IMG/VR virus record: IMGVR_UViG_2568526245_000002
Direction: 5' to 3' (one strand)
Length of the DNA: 64,000 bases
Origin: a virus
The first letter of the stretch is position 1; every line of letters starts with the position of its first letter. The notes below the pieces were generated by a model. It was not told the origin of the DNA, did no database searches, and saw only the letters and a program-made list of their open reading frames with translations. The position numbers and the translations under genes were made by a program. This document shows, piece after piece, positions 55,001-63,496 of this stretch.

Positions 55001-58000
55001 GTCCATGCTGGACGCCGCTGAGATTGGGGAGGGCATGTCTGTCCTGGAGCCATCCGCCGGGATGGGCCATATCGCCGATGCGATCCGTGACCAGGCGGGC
55101 GTGGACCCTGACGTGATTGAGCTGTCCGGCGAGCGCCGCGAGCTTCTGGAAGCCAAGGGCTACCGCGTGGTGGGTAGTGACTTCATGGATGTGCAACCGC
55201 GCAGCTCCTACACTTTCGGCGACGTGTTTCGCGCGCCCGATGGTTCCCTTGGCGTGATGCGTGGACAGGGCGGCTTGGGTAGCAACCGGGTGCGCTTCCA
55301 GCCTCTGGATGAGAGCGGCATGCCAGATGATCGCCGCAGCCAATACATGGACCGCGACGACCTGGTGGGCGTCGAGCATCGTGGTGCGGACAGCGGCTAT
55401 GACCGGATCGTCATGAATCCTCCGTTCTCCAAGGGGCGTGACATCCAGCACGTACAGCACGCCTACAGCCTGCTGAAGCCCGGCGGCCGCCTGGTTGCCG
55501 TCATGAGCGAAGGCGCCTTCTTCCAGAGCAACAAGGCCGCCGAGAACTTCCGCGCCTGGCTGGACGGCCTGGGCGCCACCAGTGAACGGCTGCCGGAGGG
55601 TTCGTTTATGGACCCGGCGCTACCCGTCAATACCGGCGTGAACGCGCGCATGGTGGTGATCGATAAGCCGGCAGCCGAAGAGTCTCCAGCGCCGCAGCCC
55701 GGCGAACAACCGCCCGTGCAGTACTCGTTCGCCGGCCGCAATGCCGTCGGCGCCAACCTGCATGCCCTGAGCACCGCACAGCAGCGCATCGCCATTGGCG
55801 AAAACGCCGAGGCCGTTCGCCGAGATACCGGTTGGCACCGTAGCGCTGATGGCAAGTGGCGCTTCGAAATCAGCGATCATCAGGCCAGCATTGCCGTGGC
55901 CGGTGAGACTGCTGGCGCCATCATCAATATGGCCCACCTCAATGCCATCAACGACGAGCGCAGTCGACCGACCGTCGGCGATGTGCTCAACCATCCTCAA
56001 CTGTTCGCTGCATATCCCGACCTGCAGCGTATCCCGGTGGCAGTGATGCCAGAGGGCGTCACTGCGCTGGCTCGCCTACGCCGGTTCGCCACTGGTAACC
56101 AAGTTGAGGTTCAGGCGGACATGCCGCGCACCGAGGTTGCCTCGGCGATCCTGCACGAACTCCAGCATGCGATACAGATCCGGGAAGGTTTCGCCATGGG
56201 CGGCTCGGCCAGGGCTTTCGTCAGCAACTTCGACAAGACTGGTGCGGCGACCTATCGTCGTTTGGCTGGAGAGGTGGAGGCGCGCAACACGCAGGCTCGG
56301 CTGAAAATGACGCCGCGCCTGCGCCGGGACATTGCACCCGATGAGTCGGCGGACATCCCTGCAAGTCAGGTGCTGGTGTCGTTCAATGGCCGCGACATCG
56401 AGAATGGCCCGTTGCCGCAGAACCTGACGGGGCGTCCGCCGATGACCTCGCAAAGCCTGGTGCGTGCTTTCGACCTACAGTTCCCAGCCCTGGGCCAGGC
56501 TGTGCGCAAGATGCTGAAGCGCGGCAAGGAAGGACAACGGGGTGGCTTGGTGATGATCGACAGCGCCGACCCGTTGCGCATCGCGCACACCTACGCGCGG
56601 AAATCCGGTACCGCACTGAGCGATGCCGTTCAACTGTTTGAGGATGGCGGGCGCATCAATGGCTTCTACGATGCCAGATCAGGTCTAACTTTTCTGGTCG
56701 GCCCGAACCTGAATCCGGTAACCGCACCGGCCGTGGTGCTTCACGAAATGGTTCACGGCCAGCAGCGGCAGAATCTCGACCAGGCTGCCCACGCCATGCT
56801 GATGAATCGCGGCAACGTGCGGAGCGCCGAACTGCGCACCTTCCTGGACCGTGTGGCCAGCCGCATGATCGAGGCCGGCGAGAGCCGCAACATGAAGGAG
56901 GCCGCTCCGTATATCGTGGAGCAGGCTGTTATTGAAGGGCGAGAGCAGGGGTTCGCCGAGGCTGATAGCCGGTTCCTTTCCTGGGTAGACAGTGCGCTGG
57001 GCAAGCAGGTGGGTGACTTCCTGCGTAGGTTCCTGGCCAACATCCGTCAGTGGATGCTGCGCCACGGTCTGCCGGTTGACCGTATCAGCGTGGACGATCT
57101 GGTGCGATATGCGATGGCTGGTGTGGAAAGCGCCGCCGAAGGCCGGGTACGGGGCGACGGCCTAGCCATGAGTCAGGACGACATGCGCAAGGCGCGCGTG
57201 CTGCAAGGCCCGCCGGTGGCCATCCTGGAGGGGAATGAAGCACCACAGGGCTTCGCTGCGGTTCGCGAGTGGGCGGCGAAGCTATTCGAGTCTCAAGGTG
57301 GCAAGGCAGTGAACCCGGACCTGGGCGACGTGTTGCTGGATATGCGCGCTGTGCGCGACTCGATGGCGCATGGCAAGGCCAACCCATACAAGTTCTCGGC
57401 GTTCGCGGCCGTCAAGGACGTGCTGGAGCGTGGTGTGGTGGTTCACCGCGCGGACTATGAGAAGGGGGAGAGTTTCTACGTATCGGCGCCGGTGGTGATC
57501 GACGATAAGGATGACATCGTGACTGTGTTGGTGCGCCGCGATCCGAACATGCAGCGCATGTATCTGCATTCGGTGGCCACAAAAGAATATCTCCTGAACC
57601 GTCGAGTATCCGGTGCTGATGCCACGATGGCAGCGCAGCCTTCCGGCTCGTCCAGTTCAGGAGACGTAGCCAGTGTACTCCAGCGGCTGCTGACCGCAAG
57701 CCTGAATGAACCCGAAGGTCCGCAGTTCAGTCGCTCCGGTCTGCGCGAACTCACCAGCAAGGCTACCGCCGAACTGAACAAGACCTTCAGCGCTCCGGGA
57801 GGCCTGTCCTGGTGGCACAAGACCATCGGCACCATGTACAACCTCGCAGAGCGTTCCCCGGCATTCAAACCGGTCTTCGAGTCGGCGCAAGGATTTATCG
57901 ATGACGTGAGTTATTACGCCAGCGATGCGGCTGATCTGGCGCCGAAACTGCTGCCGAAGCTGGAAACCTGGCGCGACATCGCAAAGTCCCCGGTGGGCGC

Positions 58001-60629
58001 TGAGGACAACAAGGCGGTGGCCAAGCCGGTATTCGAGGGCACGCTGATGTGGGCGCGCGACGTGGACGGCAAGCCGGTGCGCGTCGATTCGCTGGCTGAG
58101 CGCGCCATGCGTCTGACGGCCGACGAGAAGGCGGACATCCTGCTGAAGCAGGGCAAGATTCCCGAAGGACTGCTGCGCGCCTGGCGCGGCCTGAGCCCCG
58201 AGCAGTTCGCCAAGATGATCGACAGCCGCTACGAGTCGCAGATGCTCAAGGCAGGCATCGTCTGGACCGACGCTGAGCTGCGCGACATATGGAAGCTCAA
58301 CGATGCTCAGGTCGCGCTGTACCGCGAGTTCCGCGCCGCCACCGACCGTAGCCTGGACACCATGGCCCGCGCCGACATGCTGCGCTTCGGCGGCGAGGAT
58401 GTGAAGGAACTGCGCGACCAGGTGATGGACGCGGCCGATGCGCAGGAGGGCGCCGCGATACTGCGCGACCACCTGGCGCAGATGGCTGATGCATGGCCGG
58501 AACGCGCCACGAACCTGCTGAACCTGGCACACGGCATGACAGATCGCGCCGAGAAGGTCGCCCAGTTGCAGGGCGAGGGCTATGCACCGCTGTCGCGCTT
58601 CGGCAAGTACACAGTGGACGTGGTGGGTCCGGACGGTCAGCGTGAATACTTCAGCCTGTTCGAGACGAAGCGCGAGGCCAACCAAATGGCCGAGCAGATG
58701 CGTGGCGCGTTTCCTGGCGCCACCGTGAGCCAGGGCACTCTGTCCGAGGAAGCGTACAAGCTATTCGCCGGCATCACACCGGAAACGCTGGAACTATTCG
58801 GTAACGCCCTCGGCTTCGACTCACAGGGCGATAGCGCGCGTGACCAGGCCTTCCAAGACTACCTACGCCTGACAAAGACCAACCGCAGCGCAATGCGCCG
58901 GCTTATTCACCGAAAGGGCATCGCTGGTTATAGCGAGGACGTAGGGCGGGTACTGGCCTCGTTCGTATACTCCAATGCGCGGCAAACCGCCGCCGGCCTG
59001 CACATGGGCGATCTATCCGAGGCTGTGAACGGCATCCCGCAGGCGCAGGGCGAACTGAAGGACGCCGCGGTACGGCTGGCCGACTACATCAAGAACCCGC
59101 AAGAGGAGGGGCAGGCGGTGCGCGGACTGCTGTTTGCACAGTACCTCGGCGGCTCCGTCGCGTCTGCCTTCGTCAACATGACCCAACCGGTCCAAGTGAC
59201 TTTTCCCTGGCTGAGTCAGTATTGCGGGGTGAAGCGCGCTGCGACGGAACTGGGGCGTGCAGCACGTCAGATGGCGCATCGGTCCTATCAGTTCGAGCCG
59301 GACCTGGCCCGGGCATTAAAGCGCGCCGAGGATGATGGGGTGGTGTCCCCGCAGGAGGTCCACCAGTTGATGGCGCAGGCCCGCGGCAGCGGCTCGCTGC
59401 GCGCGGGGGACGGGACGCGCTTGGGTGATGCTCGAGCACTTGCGTCCAACAGCGTGGCGCGCCTGTCGATGGCCTGGGGCAAGTTGTTCGGCGCCGCAGA
59501 GCAGATCAACCGCCGCATGACCTACATCGCGTCGTATCGCATCGCCAAAGCGCAGAACATGGCCAATCCTGATGAGTTCGCGCGCCGGGCCGTGCGCGAG
59601 ACGCAGTTCGTATACTCCAAGGCCAGCAAGATGCGCTGGGGGCGTGGTGCCGTCGGCGGCACCTTGATGACCTTCAAGACGTACAGCGTGGCCTATCTTG
59701 AGCTGATGCATCGCTTGTGGAATCAGGGTGAGCCTGGTTCGCAGGAGCGCAAGGACGGTCGGAAGGCTGCTGCCCTGATGATCGGCATGCTGCTGCTCGT
59801 CGGCGGCGCCGGTGGCTTGCCGTTCGCCGAAGACGCCGAAGACCTGATCGACGGTGCGGCGCAACTCATGGGCTATAACTTTTCTACCGCGAAGGCCAAA
59901 CAGGAGTTTCTGGAAAGTCTGTTCGGTCGGGTGCTTGCCGACTTCATTGATCGCGGGGTGTCCGGGCTGCCTGGGGCTCCGCTCGATGTATCGGGCCGGC
60001 TGGGTATGGGGAACCTGATACCCGGAACCGGTCTGCTAACTGAAAAGACCAGCCATACGCGAGACGTCCTGGAAATAGCTGGCCCGATGGGAGACTTTGC
60101 CAGCCGAATAGCGAGTGGTACTCGCAAGGTGCTGGGAGGTGATATCGGCAGCGGTATCCTGGAGATGTCGCCGGGCGCGGTGCGAAATGCGGCCAAAGGC
60201 GTGGATATGCTGGCCACTGGCATGTACAGGGACGCCAAGGGCTACAAGGTGCTCGACACCAACGTGCTCGAGGCCGCTATGAAGTCCATCGGCTTCCAGC
60301 CGGCCAGCGTAGCCACTATCCAAGGGGCCAACATGCTCAACCAGAAAGCAAAGGCCTTCTACAACTTGAAAGCCCAGGAAATTCGCAGCATGTGGGCGGC
60401 CGGCATCTTCGAGAAAGACCAGGGCAAGGTTGAGCGCGCGCGGCAAGCAATAGCCGATTGGAATCGACGAAACCCTGACCAGCCAATGGCCATCCGAGTG
60501 CCAGACATCATGCGACGAGTCCGTGAAATGTCGCTATCGAAGGACGAACGGATAGCGAAGACCGCACCGAAAGCGATGCGGCAGCAGATGCGAGAGGATC
60601 TGGAGCGCACCCGCGCAACGCTGGACTGA
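49074..60629 (+). CDS. 3851-aa polyvalent virion protein (ParB-like, N6-MTase, two HExxH metallopeptidase-like, LPD3-like and PLxRFG domains)
   Basis: LKPTQ...LDGHHQW (~51.7 kb); FFPT...LEPSAG.G...NPPF (~55.0-55.5 kb); GW.RSADGKWRFEISD...LHELQH (~55.8-56.2 kb); LHEMVH (~56.75 kb); YAPLSRFG (~58.6 kb); start ATG 49074 by TAATG overlap. Confidence 0.9.
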   Translation: MADTSKPWEEFASQQPVTGGEKPWEEFGGETKEEGRGLIGHARDLGLSVAKGVIGVPEAAVGLADIPTEGRVGKFLENQDGMLGFRPREAKDFLSDLHTDQYKQQQQDFQDADGVVDKTLHAVQNPSMVVNTVAESLPSMLAGGAVGRGVRALAPALAPVAAGAAGEGAVMAGQQAEQIRQETDDGLLTPAQSGAAVATGVLGSLFSLAGGSLAKKLGIGDADTLLAGGANPGQLVSELASMPAKSIPRKVIEGAISEGFLEELPQSASEQVLQNLALGRDWASGLDEAMVMGTLAGMAMGGPAAVLHGGQPAASRGLADADATFESTPGLEGQTETTAPLALPAPVYEAGSDGQVRTTVDQNSATQAQRQQEAERLDRIRRGEVTDVTPVPAAPKRSEQMGLDPAVGPLSGAAAQAVDSGATDQMVQQAALQQAAEEAQKSGRKGDQVNPETGEITAEQGDLLASDPVTDLQGRLEFVRRQARATGWDAKKIAERDRLQEELDKLAPAPDAGYMQRVGERVKRIEAAQSPDEIAAILAEDQQDEQRHQNAAGRVELAARARGFALDQAAQQQAPTPIGVQDDIQQAQGKADAQQAQAAQPAVSLAPAAESVPAAPATEAKATNLKDAISKVRQAKQKPEQPAALQAVRRGEVGGKLGSGEVVTTSSGRQTTPFPKVSVDTNRKATGTIKAVDQWLMQNALDEARSRGDESNARQFEANLEKPQRADKDAAEEYLFGQQPAVQPRVLKPLVPKSTATDNSASWVIRNKETGEVIAETFDRKKVDALNTEKYEAVPIQQHLASLNKPKVPSIEGKDIGEGWAEFSKESGTVGIPRADMPQIKAEHRGAMVNFLSARGVQHQEETVPADTLKPTQAEFSRDKVAKAKDFEGGNRSILVSREGNVLDGHHQWMAARDNGEEVRVIRLDAPIRDLVKLAHEFPSSTTDASSGQGATVDARQVRPEPEPAAPDVPKKRPRGVLAKRFQAEAQARAEYFTPGNVVRGYGANYDRVISYNPTESGSWTVTVRSVRKEGDTWVDVPGESERTHMTAPDARDMKRGPAGRIATQGAPTADEFPLKEAAASYSGISNSSSQRAKSDADEFQTYIDVARDAGAVVARTDAQQAAVEQATRELRADYLAQYRRLMNVRAGTYSGYVVGRSGLNSKQADRRNSAYDRAIDTFVAWQKTNQDRVRQAALDARTDEEKAADRQAAEQARADKAQRKEDGDRSLMRRILSWKKGSEPVAITKAAHLAGVNFGKDGYPTSIKLTPTDGSVLTSDKFDLAALFRERGMSVPESKRRVRELVDFVRAEDAARPQSEPAEAPKPEPAQPSDSKTPTLDAHVALMQRVRSGEATADEFRQAFDRTQNARDALVAELGTMKKDDLLKSGGYSFFHRYRNEKKAAIVDALAGRVLEEFALGRSYGPSSYVMSAAGLEAHRQAKASALAELVANITDDDIKAHAAEVAEAQQEVQARRAAQQKAVANPQTLAEFRQAVSYNMETHGESVREAFMRLTPEQRIRYDELEAESTKALREQAKAKAKTRVASAGQTTAGDIIETKHTKHGHDLFVVQLAERVSREDYDTLNNSAKRLGGSYSSYRGNGAVPGFQFRTREAAEAFRKLVTGDTADAQAVAEARRDAFEDDRNQSAAQRLRTMAQALNERADDSLSRVRKQNTDRRARMAASAEASARADKALAATMNNLAAAIEGGKAKFLDTVRQKVQVEFLARELRNAKDAQIRAKYPTYGEQEKHRGEPVDAETVDYSTFPSYTAMRSDLASLARQMAEVDGLKKLAARLEKVADDVTEAYTDWAKQNLLSVSRFTRGDQFADFKSREDAERAIRRSGLTGKAIVLPVKRGQNRIVMAPSEAMKLGLWQGDGDKRITLSGEFGGELVQALGRRSGSKITVPWALESAHEKRKRLESMGILTGSEYRSALREFAALREAPAEPDKIKQMERAMIGRRNDGLDFFPTSDAVVESMLDAAEIGEGMSVLEPSAGMGHIADAIRDQAGVDPDVIELSGERRELLEAKGYRVVGSDFMDVQPRSSYTFGDVFRAPDGSLGVMRGQGGLGSNRVRFQPLDESGMPDDRRSQYMDRDDLVGVEHRGADSGYDRIVMNPPFSKGRDIQHVQHAYSLLKPGGRLVAVMSEGAFFQSNKAAENFRAWLDGLGATSERLPEGSFMDPALPVNTGVNARMVVIDKPAAEESPAPQPGEQPPVQYSFAGRNAVGANLHALSTAQQRIAIGENAEAVRRDTGWHRSADGKWRFEISDHQASIAVAGETAGAIINMAHLNAINDERSRPTVGDVLNHPQLFAAYPDLQRIPVAVMPEGVTALARLRRFATGNQVEVQADMPRTEVASAILHELQHAIQIREGFAMGGSARAFVSNFDKTGAATYRRLAGEVEARNTQARLKMTPRLRRDIAPDESADIPASQVLVSFNGRDIENGPLPQNLTGRPPMTSQSLVRAFDLQFPALGQAVRKMLKRGKEGQRGGLVMIDSADPLRIAHTYARKSGTALSDAVQLFEDGGRINGFYDARSGLTFLVGPNLNPVTAPAVVLHEMVHGQQRQNLDQAAHAMLMNRGNVRSAELRTFLDRVASRMIEAGESRNMKEAAPYIVEQAVIEGREQGFAEADSRFLSWVDSALGKQVGDFLRRFLANIRQWMLRHGLPVDRISVDDLVRYAMAGVESAAEGRVRGDGLAMSQDDMRKARVLQGPPVAILEGNEAPQGFAAVREWAAKLFESQGGKAVNPDLGDVLLDMRAVRDSMAHGKANPYKFSAFAAVKDVLERGVVVHRADYEKGESFYVSAPVVIDDKDDIVTVLVRRDPNMQRMYLHSVATKEYLLNRRVSGADATMAAQPSGSSSSGDVASVLQRLLTASLNEPEGPQFSRSGLRELTSKATAELNKTFSAPGGLSWWHKTIGTMYNLAERSPAFKPVFESAQGFIDDVSYYASDAADLAPKLLPKLETWRDIAKSPVGAEDNKAVAKPVFEGTLMWARDVDGKPVRVDSLAERAMRLTADEKADILLKQGKIPEGLLRAWRGLSPEQFAKMIDSRYESQMLKAGIVWTDAELRDIWKLNDAQVALYREFRAATDRSLDTMARADMLRFGGEDVKELRDQVMDAADAQEGAAILRDHLAQMADAWPERATNLLNLAHGMTDRAEKVAQLQGEGYAPLSRFGKYTVDVVGPDGQREYFSLFETKREANQMAEQMRGAFPGATVSQGTLSEEAYKLFAGITPETLELFGNALGFDSQGDSARDQAFQDYLRLTKTNRSAMRRLIHRKGIAGYSEDVGRVLASFVYSNARQTAAGLHMGDLSEAVNGIPQAQGELKDAAVRLADYIKNPQEEGQAVRGLLFAQYLGGSVASAFVNMTQPVQVTFPWLSQYCGVKRAATELGRAARQMAHRSYQFEPDLARALKRAEDDGVVSPQEVHQLMAQARGSGSLRAGDGTRLGDARALASNSVARLSMAWGKLFGAAEQINRRMTYIASYRIAKAQNMANPDEFARRAVRETQFVYSKASKMRWGRGAVGGTLMTFKTYSVAYLELMHRLWNQGEPGSQERKDGRKAAALMIGMLLLVGGAGGLPFAEDAEDLIDGAAQLMGYNFSTAKAKQEFLESLFGRVLADFIDRGVSGLPGAPLDVSGRLGMGNLIPGTGLLTEKTSHTRDVLEIAGPMGDFASRIASGTRKVLGGDIGSGILEMSPGAVRNAAKGVDMLATGMYRDAKGYKVLDTNVLEAAMKSIGFQPASVATIQGANMLNQKAKAFYNLKAQEIRSMWAAGIFEKDQGKVERARQAIADWNRRNPDQPMAIRVPDIMRRVREMSLSKDERIAKTAPKAMRQQMREDLERTRATLD

Positions 60630-60630
60630 A

Positions 60631-60647
60631 CCCCCTGTAAGGATTTG
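60631..60647 (+). promoter_or_regulatory. Late-promoter motif copy 4 (CCCCCTGTAAGGATTTG) upstream of the lysis cassette
   Basis: Read directly. Confidence 0.65.
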
Positions 60648-60723
60648 CCGTTCTCTGGCTGTACCGAAAACTACCTGCCCAAGAAGCCGGGGCGTGATGC
60701 CCCGGCCTTTGGAGGATGGAGTT

Positions 60724-60981
60724 ATGTCGGAGAGGGCCGGAATGGCGGTAGAGGTGGTGGGCGTTTCGGTGGCCAACAAGACCACGCTGGCTGGCGCCCT
60801 TGCGGGCGCGTTGGGCTGGCTTGCGCAGATCAACTGGGTGGGGCTGATCGGCGTGCTGGTCGCCGTCATCGGTCTGCTGGCCAATATCTATTTCCAGGTT
60901 CGCCGCGACCGCCGCGAATCAGCCGAGAGCGCTGCCCGCATCGAGGCCATCCGGGGGCGTTGCGATGTCGAACAGCCGTAA
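60724..60981 (+). CDS. Holin
   Basis: Hydrophobic spans, basic C-terminus RRDRR; directly upstream of the endolysin; GGAG SD before ATG 60724. Confidence 0.8.
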   Translation: MSERAGMAVEVVGVSVANKTTLAGALAGALGWLAQINWVGLIGVLVAVIGLLANIYFQVRRDRRESAESAARIEAIRGRCDVEQP

Positions 60982-61498
60982 CCGCGTGCTGGTTGCCGCG
61001 CTGACCGTCAGCCTGGCCGGCTTCGGCGCTTGGATGAAGTCGGAGGATTTCAGCGCGAAACCATACGTGCCGACCAAGGGGGACATTCCGACCATCGGTT
61101 ACGGCTCCACCCGCTACGAGAATGGCCAATCGGTGAAGCTGACCGATCCGCCGATCACCCGCCAGCGCGGCGAACAACTGGCGCGCAGCCTGATGGCGAA
61201 GGACGAACAGCAGTTCCGCGACTCGCTGCCCGGCGTGAAGCTGTTCCAGGAAGAGTATGACCTGTACCTGGATTTCACGGGCCAGTTCGGCATCACCAAC
61301 TGGCGCGGTAGCTCGATGCGCCGCGACTTGCTCGCCGGCAACTACCGGCAGGCGTGCGACGACCTGCTGAAGTGGCGCAACCAGGCAGGCCGAGACTGCT
61401 CTCTGCCGAAGAACTGGGGGCCGAAGGGCTGCAAAGGTGTGTGGACCAGACAGCAGGAGCGGCATGCGCAATGCATCGCCGTGCAGGTGCCGCAATGA
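60965..61498 (+). CDS. SAR-type endolysin, GH24 lysozyme
   Basis: N-terminal anchor NRVLVAALTVSLAGFGAW; E(SED)...D..TIGYG catalytic triad; C-terminal GVWTRQQER...C. Confidence 0.9.
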   Translation: MSNSRNRVLVAALTVSLAGFGAWMKSEDFSAKPYVPTKGDIPTIGYGSTRYENGQSVKLTDPPITRQRGEQLARSLMAKDEQQFRDSLPGVKLFQEEYDLYLDFTGQFGITNWRGSSMRRDLLAGNYRQACDDLLKWRNQAGRDCSLPKNWGPKGCKGVWTRQQERHAQCIAVQVPQ

Positions 61499-62013
61499 CC
61501 GCCCGCGAGTTGGGCGCCGTTCTGGCTGCGATAGCGCTGGCTGGCCTGGTGGCCAGCACGCTGACCTATCGGCACCTGTACCAGGACGCCACCGCCAACC
61601 TGAAGTCGCTGAGCGACCAGGTGGAGCGGCAGAACGCCAAGGCTGAGGCCAAGCTGGCCGAACTGACCGCGCAGCGCGACATGAAACAGGCAGCGCTCAA
61701 TAAGGCCGCTGCCGACCAAGAGAGGAAGGACAACGATGCTCAGGCTGAAATCGCTCGCCTTGCTGGTGAGCTGCGCGACCGCCCTGTGCGCGTGCGCATC
61801 GCCCCCGCCGCAGGTGGGGGCTGTAGTGGTGGCGCCGCAGGTGACGCAGCCGGCACCGCCGAAGCTGGTGCAGGAGACGCCGCCTCGGCCTACGGGCTAC
61901 TACCGGAAGAAAATTCTCGACGCTTTAACGACTCCCTGAGCGAAGTCGAGACCCTGAGCGCGGCCTACAATTCGTGTCGCGCCCGGTTGATTCCCCAAGA
62001 ACCGACCCCGTAG
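61495..62013 (+). CDS. Rz: i-spanin (Rz)
   Basis: N-terminal TM, coiled coil, ELRDRPVRVRI motif; ATGA coupling. Confidence 0.88.
   Translation: MTARELGAVLAAIALAGLVASTLTYRHLYQDATANLKSLSDQVERQNAKAEAKLAELTAQRDMKQAALNKAAADQERKDNDAQAEIARLAGELRDRPVRVRIAPAAGGGCSGGAAGDAAGTAEAGAGDAASAYGLLPEENSRRFNDSLSEVETLSAAYNSCRARLIPQEPTP
61736..61939 (+). CDS. Rz1: o-spanin lipoprotein (Rz1), embedded in Rz
   Basis: Alternate frame inside Rz; lipobox LCAC; Pro-rich. Confidence 0.85.
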   Translation: MLRLKSLALLVSCATALCACASPPPQVGAVVVAPQVTQPAPPKLVQETPPRPTGYYRKKILDALTTP

Positions 62014-62023
62014 GGAGGAAACC

Positions 62024-62617
62024 ATGGCCTACACCGCATATCGGGTGCTCAAGGCACCTATCGACCAGATCGAGCGCTTCATGACCGAGGCCATCGCCGA
62101 TGGCTGGCAGCCGCTCGGTGCGCCTATCCTGCTTTACCCCGATGACAAGGCCGTCTACCAGGCTTTGGTCAAGGGCACGCCGGATGGTGGTGGCACCGGC
62201 CCTGTCACCATCGTGGTGGAGGACATCACTGACGCTTCTGTCATCGGCAAATCTCTGCTGACGGCCGTCAACGAGGAAGACGGGCGTGCAGCAATCGGGG
62301 CCGGCACTTCTAATCTGCAGTTGGGCACTACCGCAACCACCGCCAAAGCGGGAAACTATGCGCCTGCCTGGGGGGATGTGACAGGGAAACCGGCTGTTAT
62401 TGCGGCTGGTGCTGATGCCGCAACAGCAAGGGAGGCTATTGGCGCGGGAACATCCAGCCTTGCGATCGGTACAACCGCTACTACCGCAGCGGCTGGCAAC
62501 CACAACCATGCAATCGCCGAAGACGCTGGTAGTGGTCTGGCGGCAGCACCGAATCTGCAAACTGCATTTATAGCGCTTTCCACCCGAATCAAGGCGCTGG
62601 AATCCGTAGCGCCATAA
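62024..62617 (+). CDS. DUF1737-like N-domain fused to fibre-like repeats
   Basis: YRVL...AIADGWQPLGAP...YQALVK; two AIGAGTS.L..GTTATTA.AGN repeats; GGAGG SD. Confidence 0.6.
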   Translation: MAYTAYRVLKAPIDQIERFMTEAIADGWQPLGAPILLYPDDKAVYQALVKGTPDGGGTGPVTIVVEDITDASVIGKSLLTAVNEEDGRAAIGAGTSNLQLGTTATTAKAGNYAPAWGDVTGKPAVIAAGADAATAREAIGAGTSSLAIGTTATTAAAGNHNHAIAEDAGSGLAAAPNLQTAFIALSTRIKALESVAP

Positions 62618-62693
62618 GGCTGTCGTCACAGCGCTGCATGGCTGATGCTGGTACGCTTGATACGTACGGAGCTTCAACCAAAGGAAGTTGGTC

Positions 62694-63191
62694 ATGCAGC
62701 ACCTCAAGGGTTTCTATCGAGCAACGGCCTCACTTGCCGTGCTCGCTTTGCTGTCTTTCCCTTCAGCCTCGGCAGCTCAGGTATACCGATGCGTCGATGC
62801 CGCTGGAAAGGTCACATTTTCGGATCAAGGCTGCGCGGACGGTCACTCGTCCTCGGCCATTGATGTCGCCCCCGCGAACACCCTCGACAGCACCCAGTAC
62901 CGCAGCGAGCAACTGCCGGAACGAAGCAGGGGCGGCTCTCCTGGCGTTCGGGTCACCGTCGTCGGCGGTGAGGAGCCCCCTGCCCGGACGGGGAAAACTG
63001 ATAGCAGGCAGCGGCAAGTCCTGCCGGCGCCGGCGGCTCGGCCAGCACCTGGCGTGATCACGAATTGCGATTCTGGCGGTTGCTGGGATAGCAACGGCGT
63101 CCGGTACAACCGAGGAGCTGGAAATACTCACTTCCCAGCGAATGGTGGGCCGGCGTGCGAGTTCGTAGGCGGGAACATGGTGTGCCCCTGA
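62694..63191 (+). CDS. Exported DUF4124-domain protein
   Basis: Signal peptide ...SASA, then QVYRCVDAAGKVTFSDQGC; Cys-rich C-terminus. Confidence 0.8.
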   Translation: MQHLKGFYRATASLAVLALLSFPSASAAQVYRCVDAAGKVTFSDQGCADGHSSSAIDVAPANTLDSTQYRSEQLPERSRGGSPGVRVTVVGGEEPPARTGKTDSRQRQVLPAPAARPAPGVITNCDSGGCWDSNGVRYNRGAGNTHFPANGGPACEFVGGNMVCP

Positions 63192-63229
63192 AGTTGTAGA
63201 CTACGGCCTTTTCCTACAAGGGGCGCGAC

Positions 63230-63496
63230 ATGCTGGTGATTCGATTGGCGGGGAAGTGGACGCTGAAGCTCGACAGGCAGGTCGGCAGTTCCGGCAAGCA
63301 CGGGATATGGGCATTCCACTGCTCTGAAAGCACTTTCGCGCCGTCTTCGAACGACCTGCGGCGCACTGCGGCGATCCTTCCAGCCGAGCCCAAGGAAGGC
63401 CAGACGGTGGACGTATCGATCTGCGAGACCGCGCACTCGCCGGATGGCTGGATTGCCGTCGGATCAGGCGTTGCTGCTTACGAAGCGGAGCGCTGA
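63230..63496 (+). CDS. Hypothetical protein
   Basis: 88-aa ORF convergent with SRAP. Confidence 0.55.
   Translation: MLVIRLAGKWTLKLDRQVGSSGKHGIWAFHCSESTFAPSSNDLRRTAAILPAEPKEGQTVDVSICETAHSPDGWIAVGSGVAAYEAER

Noticed and set aside
49074-60629. Calling the giant protein DarB
   Set aside because: MTase present, but no SNF2/DExD helicase motifs seen
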